Part shown: in pieces, positions 58,433 through 64,000 of the stretch
Position numbering within the stretch: position 1 is the stretch's first letter
Layout of the letters: each line of letters starts with the position of its first letter
Origin: Bdellovibrionota bacterium
GTDB taxonomy: Bacteria > Bdellovibrionota_C > UBA2361 > JBGSMV01
Assembly: GCA_041739995.1 (NCBI GenBank)
Contig: JBGSMV010000080.1
Span: forward strand, 42,845-106,844
Length of the DNA: 64,000 nt
Direction of reading: 5' to 3'
Notes under the pieces: generated by a model
Databases searched by the model: none
What the model was told of the DNA's origin: nothing
Seen by the model: the letters and a program-made list of their open reading frames with translations, nothing else
Position numbers and translations under genes: made by a program

Positions 58433-59383
58433 GTGAGCGCGCAGTTGAACGAATCTATTCTTGAGTGTGAGAACCTGCTCAGCAGCTCAGTTTGGAGACC
58501 GGTTTCCCTTCAGGTGCAAGGTACCGAAGCACTGATTCCCTTGGCGTGGAGACTCACTGCTCCCGCTGCCGGTCCGCACACGGTGATCTTGGGCGGCATC
58601 CACGGCAATGAACTTTGTGGAGTACATGCACTAAGAGATCTACTGCAACAGTTTTCAACCGGAACCTACACGTTGCAGTCCGGCAGCCTGACGCTTGCGA
58701 TTGGAAGCGCCGAGGCCATCCGAGCAGGTCGTCGCTACATCGAAGCGAATCTCAACCGTCAATTTAGGTTCGATGTCGCCCCGCGTGGTAGCCAATATGA
58801 ACGTCGCCGAGCAGAAGAACTAAAATGTCTCCTTAAAGATAATGTAGATTTCCTGCTCGACTTACACGCTACTTCAGCACCGTCGAAACCCTACGCCATG
58901 ATTGAAACGCCTTCGCTTTTGGCCACCAGGGTGTTCGGTTTTGAACGCATTGTTTCAGGCTGGGCTGAGCTTGGAGACTCTTCCCTCGCAGGTGACACCC
59001 AGTCATTTGTGGAAGCCCTGGGCGGTTGCGCGATTACAATGGAGAATGGCCAGATGAGCGACCCCAGCTCAACTGCATCCGCAATTGAGACCTGTAGGCG
59101 AGTCCTCGCTCAAAGAAATGTGCAGGGTATTGAGCCTGCCATTGTTCATAAGTCTCAGATTTTTCATATGACTTTTGTGCAGCCGCTTGAGCAGCCAGAC
59201 TTCACGTATGTAAAGAAGTTCGAGAATCTCGAGGCGCTCGATCGCGGCATGTTGATTGGAAGAGATTCTGTGAAAGAGCACTTTGCGCCCACTGACTACG
59301 ACCCGTTTATGATTCTCCCGGCAAACCCCGCAAACCTTCAGCTTGGGGAGAATCTGTTTCACTATGGGCGTAAGCTGCTATAG
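58433..59383 (+). CDS. Succinylglutamate desuccinylase/aspartoacylase family (M14-like)
   Basis: GGIHGNELCG, NLNRQF, LDLHAT, ENGQ. Confidence 0.88.
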   Translation: MSAQLNESILECENLLSSSVWRPVSLQVQGTEALIPLAWRLTAPAAGPHTVILGGIHGNELCGVHALRDLLQQFSTGTYTLQSGSLTLAIGSAEAIRAGRRYIEANLNRQFRFDVAPRGSQYERRRAEELKCLLKDNVDFLLDLHATSAPSKPYAMIETPSLLATRVFGFERIVSGWAELGDSSLAGDTQSFVEALGGCAITMENGQMSDPSSTASAIETCRRVLAQRNVQGIEPAIVHKSQIFHMTFVQPLEQPDFTYVKKFENLEALDRGMLIGRDSVKEHFAPTDYDPFMILPANPANLQLGENLFHYGRKLL

Positions 59384-59443
59384 CTTGCGTCAGCCACCGC
59401 CTGAGATTGAAATCACTTAGGCGTGGAAGGAGACTACGGCCTT

Positions 59444-60946
59444 ATGACCCATGATATGTCACCCGCGAGAAGGACCGTTCAGCGCACTCTTGAAGAGGCC
59501 GCTCATTTTGAAGATATCGGCGCTCTGCTTGGTTGGGATCAGGAAGTAAATCTTCCCACTCGCGCCGCCGAGATGCGCGCAGCACGGACCGCCTTCGTCG
59601 CCGCAGAATCTCACCGTCGTACTACTAGTCCTGAGTTTCTAGACGCTCTGCGTGAACTCACCGCTCCTGGCTCAACTCTCAGCGAACCTGAAGAGATCAA
59701 CTTAAAAATTCTACTAAAAGACGCTGAACGTGACGCTAAGCTACCGACTGATTTTGTAGCCGCTCAATCAGCCCTGCATTCCAAGGGATACGATACCTGG
59801 GAGCGAGCCAAGCCAAACGACGACTTTGAGACCATCGCACCACTGCTTGAGCAGATTATAGAGGGGGCGCGAAAGGAGGCCGAGTACGTAGGCTTTGAGG
59901 GCTCGCCCTATAATGCACTACTTGATACCTACGAACCCTTTGCGCGCATTGCTGAGGTGCGTCCGGTACTACTGGAACTTGCAGAACAACTCGCTCCGCG
60001 TGTGCGAGATTTTTCCTCTCGACATCACCATGCATCAGGTTTGGGCTTTACCCTCACCAATCAGCAACAACTCACGCTCTGCAATGACATTGTCGCGGCT
60101 CTTGGTTTCGATTTCTCCGCCGGGCATTTAGGTGAATCCATGCATCCGTTCCAGAGTTCGTGCGGACCATACGATCAACGCATGACCGTGGCATTTCGTG
60201 CCGAAGATCCGCTCGATGGTCTCTACTCTGCGCTTCACGAAGCAGGACACGGCCTCTACGAGCAAGGACTTCCTAAAGAGTATTATGGTCAGCCCTTGGG
60301 TTCAGCCGCCTCATTGGGCTGGCATGAGTCACAGTCCCGCTTTTGGGAAAACATCATCGGACGGAGTCCTGTGTTTGCTAAGTTTCTTGGGCAGCGATTG
60401 CAGACTCTTTTTCCTGAAATTGACTTTACTGCGTCTGACCCAAAACAACTCTGGAAGTCACGCAATCAGGTCAGCCCTGGTCTAGTAAGAATCACCGCCG
60501 ACGAGGTGACATACAACTTACATATCGTGATTCGAACACTACTTGAAGTTGATCTGGTTGAGGGAACCCTCCCAGTTAAAGATCTCCCCGAACGTTGGAG
60601 CGATCTGTACGAGCAGTACCTCGGAATTCGCCCCACGCGCCCAAGCGAAGGGGCTCTACAAGACCCACATTGGTACTGTGGGCTCGTCGGTTACTTCCCT
60701 ACCTATTCACTGGGGAATCTTTATTCAGCGGCTTTGTGGGATAAGCTACGAGCAGACCTAGGTTCGGTGGATGCTGATATTGAATCAGGTTCTTTTGGTC
60801 GAGTACTTGGTTGGCAAAAGAGCCATGTTCATCAGCACGGTCGTCGATATTCTCCCGAAGATTTGTGTGTGGTGGCCACAGGGCAAGGCCTTTCAGCTAA
60901 GCCATTTCTCGATTATCTCGATGTGAAGTTTGGTCTGAAAAAATAG
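59444..60946 (+). CDS. Carboxypeptidase M32 (Taq-type)
   Basis: WDQE, HPF, HEAGHGLYEQG, HESQSRFWEN, IT.DEVTYNLH, QDPHW, GYFPTYSLG. Confidence 0.95.
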   Translation: MTHDMSPARRTVQRTLEEAAHFEDIGALLGWDQEVNLPTRAAEMRAARTAFVAAESHRRTTSPEFLDALRELTAPGSTLSEPEEINLKILLKDAERDAKLPTDFVAAQSALHSKGYDTWERAKPNDDFETIAPLLEQIIEGARKEAEYVGFEGSPYNALLDTYEPFARIAEVRPVLLELAEQLAPRVRDFSSRHHHASGLGFTLTNQQQLTLCNDIVAALGFDFSAGHLGESMHPFQSSCGPYDQRMTVAFRAEDPLDGLYSALHEAGHGLYEQGLPKEYYGQPLGSAASLGWHESQSRFWENIIGRSPVFAKFLGQRLQTLFPEIDFTASDPKQLWKSRNQVSPGLVRITADEVTYNLHIVIRTLLEVDLVEGTLPVKDLPERWSDLYEQYLGIRPTRPSEGALQDPHWYCGLVGYFPTYSLGNLYSAALWDKLRADLGSVDADIESGSFGRVLGWQKSHVHQHGRRYSPEDLCVVATGQGLSAKPFLDYLDVKFGLKK

Positions 60947-61011
60947 TTCTGTGAGAACTCGATTTCATTGAGGGCCCAATTATCCAGAAAAAGTGTCTAG
61001 AAAAAGGGAAT

Positions 61012-61074
61012 GGTTGGGGATGTCTCCAACCTAAGGTGAGTAATGGTGAGCTCCGCCTTTCGAAGAAGCTCACC
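61012..61074 (-). terminator. Tandem hairpins between convergent genes
   Basis: GGTTGGGGA-TG-TCTCCAACC and GGTGAGCT...AGCTCACC; minus strand then reads ATTCCCTTTTT. Confidence 0.55.
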
Positions 61075-61108
61075 AGGAATTCACAGAACCGAATTGTTCA
61101 AGGCTTAG

Positions 61109-61888
61109 TTAGGAGAAGAGTTCCTCTCCAACCAGCTCCAGGGATTCGTGCGCGGGGAAGAAGTACCAGCGACACACGGGGTTCCAGGGCGTCGGGCCGC
61201 TTGGGCAAAACGTCCAGAAGATGCAGTCAACAGTCCGCGCGCACAGGGTGTTCGGAATGATGACCCCATTGCAGCCGCAGTGGAAAAGCCTCACCCCGAA
61301 AGCGTTAGACGCGCTATTTGCGTCGAGCGCCGGCATCAGAACCTGGAAGCGAGGAACGTGTGCCTGCCATGGCTCTGCGCTGAGCTCAGCACCTTTCACC
61401 CCATACAGGTGAGAGGCGCTGAAGGTGAGGAGACGCCCTTCCCCGGTGACTTCACCGATGGCAGCCTGTTTGTCGACCACGACCACGCCGTTCTGGACGA
61501 TGGTCACCGTCCCCATCCATCCCAAGTGACGAGCGTCCTCCTCGCCAGGGGCGTTGAGCCGAACGTCCTCGAAATGAAGCGTCTGCCACAGGTTTCCGTC
61601 GACATACTTGTCGACAAGAATGCTGTAGGAGGTAACGGACGTGTCCCCACCAAGCAGCTCATGCGTGGCAGTAATCGTCACCTGCTGGTTGGGAGAGTCG
61701 ATGACGCGCAGGCGGACCTGCGGATCCTCGGTGTGCATGAAGGGTGTGACGGTCGCCTCGATGGTCGATTTCTCGACCAGGAGGTTGGTGATACCCACCA
61801 TGTCGTTCTGGGCATGGGCAGCCGAGAGCCCGGACATCATGAAGATGACGGCAAAGAAGGCCCGAGTTTTCTGAAGTAACAATTTCAT
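61109..61888 (-). CDS. Hypothetical secreted protein with six-Cys C-terminal module
   Basis: Signal peptide ending AHA; strongly biased codons; CGC...C...C...C...C tail. Confidence 0.75.
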   Translation of the reverse strand: MKLLLQKTRAFFAVIFMMSGLSAAHAQNDMVGITNLLVEKSTIEATVTPFMHTEDPQVRLRVIDSPNQQVTITATHELLGGDTSVTSYSILVDKYVDGNLWQTLHFEDVRLNAPGEEDARHLGWMGTVTIVQNGVVVVDKQAAIGEVTGEGRLLTFSASHLYGVKGAELSAEPWQAHVPRFQVLMPALDANSASNAFGVRLFHCGCNGVIIPNTLCARTVDCIFWTFCPSGPTPWNPVCRWYFFPAHESLELVGEELFS

Positions 61889-62020
61889 TGCGAAAACCTC
61901 ATTTACGAATCCAGGTGTGTGGACTTGAGAGACAAACTACTGGAAACATATTCAAGATGTATCCTTGGAGTTCAGCCTCCTTTCGTGGCTTACCGAGAAA
62001 GGACTTACCTTGCGTCAGAC

Positions 62021-62887
62021 TCAGCTGTCAGACTCAGCGAACGTGAACACCTCCTCCTCTGCCGCATCTTTGAGTGCCCGCGGCGAATGGAAGTGGTGTT
62101 CAAGTTTTAGGTACCCACTGGTCAACTTAGGGCCGGCCATCGTCGGTATCACAGAAGTCCAGGTCTGCAGTGCGACCTGCTGGTCGCTAATGGCAAACTC
62201 GAAGCTCATGCGATAGAAAACGCTGCCTCCTTGCGAGATGTCAGCGGTCATGCTCGCCTCCGTTGGCGAGGTAGCGAGCGAAACCTGAGTGCCCATCGCT
62301 CCAGCTCGGGTCGGTGTGTTCACGATCCAACCAGCCGCCTGATCAGCGATGCTACTTGCGGTGCTGGCATCCAACGGAAGAAGCAACGGACCTACCTTCT
62401 GACAACCGTCCATTCCTACGACCGCAGCGACTCCCTGCATGGGTACTTGGTTGATGTCAAAGAGCGGTCTGACCGCACTTACTCTTCCTTTGTAGCGTTC
62501 CTGCCACTTCCCATCGGACAGAAGGCGCGAGTAAAGAGGTTGCCCTGCAGGGCCCTCCTCTCCTTCTGGGCCGAAGATTTCGAGAAGCTGCTTTTCGGTG
62601 CCGTGTGTGGTGACTCGGATCCAGAACTGCCGCGTGTCAGCTCCCCACGCTGCCTCTGTAAGCGAGGGGGGAGTCTCCGTCGGGCCGCCGTCGAACTCAA
62701 ATACCTGAGAGCGAACTTCGGCAAGCCTGACCTCTGGCTCGTCAGAAACGTCGGCGAAAAACTCCCGAATGGGAGCCATGAACCACGGCTCTTGGGCATT
62801 AGCCGCAGAGCCACTTTGCGCCGTCCCTGCCGCTTGCACAGAAACTGTGCAGGCGAAGAAAAGGGCAAGAAGAAGGAATCGCTTCAC
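62021..62887 (-). CDS. Hypothetical secreted protein, possible distant paralog of 61109..61888
   Basis: TAGGAG RBS before GTG 62887; signal KRFLLLALFFACTVSVQA. Confidence 0.7.
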   Translation of the reverse strand: MKRFLLLALFFACTVSVQAAGTAQSGSAANAQEPWFMAPIREFFADVSDEPEVRLAEVRSQVFEFDGGPTETPPSLTEAAWGADTRQFWIRVTTHGTEKQLLEIFGPEGEEGPAGQPLYSRLLSDGKWQERYKGRVSAVRPLFDINQVPMQGVAAVVGMDGCQKVGPLLLPLDASTASSIADQAAGWIVNTPTRAGAMGTQVSLATSPTEASMTADISQGGSVFYRMSFEFAISDQQVALQTWTSVIPTMAGPKLTSGYLKLEHHFHSPRALKDAAEEEVFTFAESDS

Positions 62888-63686
62888 TGGAATTCTCCTA
62901 AGTGAACGGGAACCATGCCTTGCAGCAACGTGCCACAAGGAATTTTCAACATTTACCTGAGTGCGTAATTGAAAAACATTTTAGACATCCCCATCCGAGA
63001 GCAGGAAAACTCCTCTCGGATGAGAAATGTAAAATTCTACCCAGGTAGGAAAGAAATGAGCGTTAGGCGAAAAGGTGAGATAATGCCTAATAACTACTAA
63101 TCTATCTATCTTATGATTCTAAGGAAAGTCTACATTTATAGAGGTAATACTGGTAAATACCCTAATAATATTGGGTTTTTAAGCTTGGCTAAAAACTGCC
63201 CAGACCACTATCTACGCTGCTTGGTCTTGGCCTCCATTTGATAATCATATTTAATGCTGAAATTAAACATGCGTTGATTTTGAGCAAAGCTAGGCTGTGT
63301 AAGTACATGGACGTGCCGGGCTTCAAGAGGAGTTGTCCCCAAAGGTAACTCCCGACGATACGCATCATGCATACTTTCTGCGGAAGGAACTCAGCGTGGA
63401 GGCGCTGCCCGCTTCTTCATCACCGAGTGTTCTGAGTCAGAAGTTCATTTAAGTATTTTTCTCGCTGAACTCATTGTGTAATTCGTTGAATATATTCTCA
63501 AAGCAAGCGGCGAGTTCGGCGAGAATTATTCATCGAACTCTTAACTCAGGACACCAAGTGGCATACCGACTTCAAGAACGTGGGAACTTACTGATACGTA
63601 ACAGCCGATGAGGGATATCCATCTCGGGCTTCTCGCTTCGGGGTATGCATCTGAAAAGGAGGTTTCGAGCTTTCCCCGTAGCCCCT

Positions 63687-64000
63687 GAGGCTGTCCGAAA
63701 AGTCTGCAGACGAGGGGGATCGAAGGATATCCTGAGAAGGTGTAGACATGTGGGATGGGAAATCAGAAGTTCCGTGAGCCTGAGTCTAGAAGTCAACTGA
63801 CGCTATTGCCGCGAAGTATTGAGGATTTTGTGGCTGTAGATGACCGCGTGCGGTTAGTGGATGAGATAATAGCTGAGCTAGATCTATCAGGGATTGAGTC
63901 GAAGTACTCTGAGCAAGGACGACCTGGATACTCACCTCGAATTTTAACGAAGATTCTAGCGTACGGTACGATGCGTGGGATTCGTTCGAGTCGCGAGCTA
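63687..64000 (+). mobile_element. IS1182-family insertion sequence, left end (runs off window)
   Basis: IR-like GAGGCTGTCCGAAAAGTC at ~63687 upstream of transposase. Confidence 0.75.
63755..64000 (+). CDS. IS1182-family transposase, N-terminal DUF772-type region (partial; absent from ORF track)
   Basis: MGNQKFREPESRSQLTLLPRSIEDFV..DDRVRLVDEII..LDLS...YSEQGRPGYSPRILTKILAYGTMRGIRSSREL. Confidence 0.9.
   Translation, partial: MGNQKFREPESRSQLTLLPRSIEDFVAVDDRVRLVDEIIAELDLSGIESKYSEQGRPGYSPRILTKILAYGTMRGIRSSREL

Noticed and set aside
61148..62905. Long plus-strand ORFs 61148..61879 and 62231..62905
   Set aside because: Antisense shadows of minus-strand secreted-protein genes
63300..63680. Possible degraded gene upstream of the IS
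   Set aside because: Only short open stretches with no recognisable motif

Overview
Bacterial (diderm: outer-membrane porin, lipoproteins, LPS-type glycosyltransferases) chromosomal window. 1-21.4 kb is a mosaic, multi-orientation nonulosonic acid (legionaminic-type) cluster: SDR, HisF/HisH paralogs, N-acetyl-sugar amidotransferase, NeuC, formyltransferase, NeuA, CBS-nucleotidyltransferase, LegB, LegC, Gfo/Idh/MocA, NeuB and two methyltransferases. It contains two unusual modules: (i) a pyruvate-kinase-like/ATP-sulfurylase fusion next to a sulfotransferase and an amber-interrupted CPA2 antiporter, and (ii) a BFD-type [2Fe-2S] protein plus an apparent paralog of unknown function. Downstream are a stress cluster (Rrf2, alginate-export-type porin, NnrS-like, Dps), deoC with a split ALDH16-like pair, an AT-richer wHTH + MenT-like nucleotidyltransferase pair with a leaderless promoter, and a membrane MutS-related ATPase bracketed by a short dispersed repeat. 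These are followed by a metallophosphoesterase-methyltransferase fusion with a structured 5' leader, alpha-glucan genes (GH57, GT4, glk), several orphan secreted or low-complexity proteins (some with multi-hairpin 3' trailers), LPS-modifying glycosyltransferases, two peptidases and the start of an IS1182-family element at the right edge. No rRNA, tRNA or CRISPR array was recognised. All calls come from motif recognition by eye; no database searches were run.
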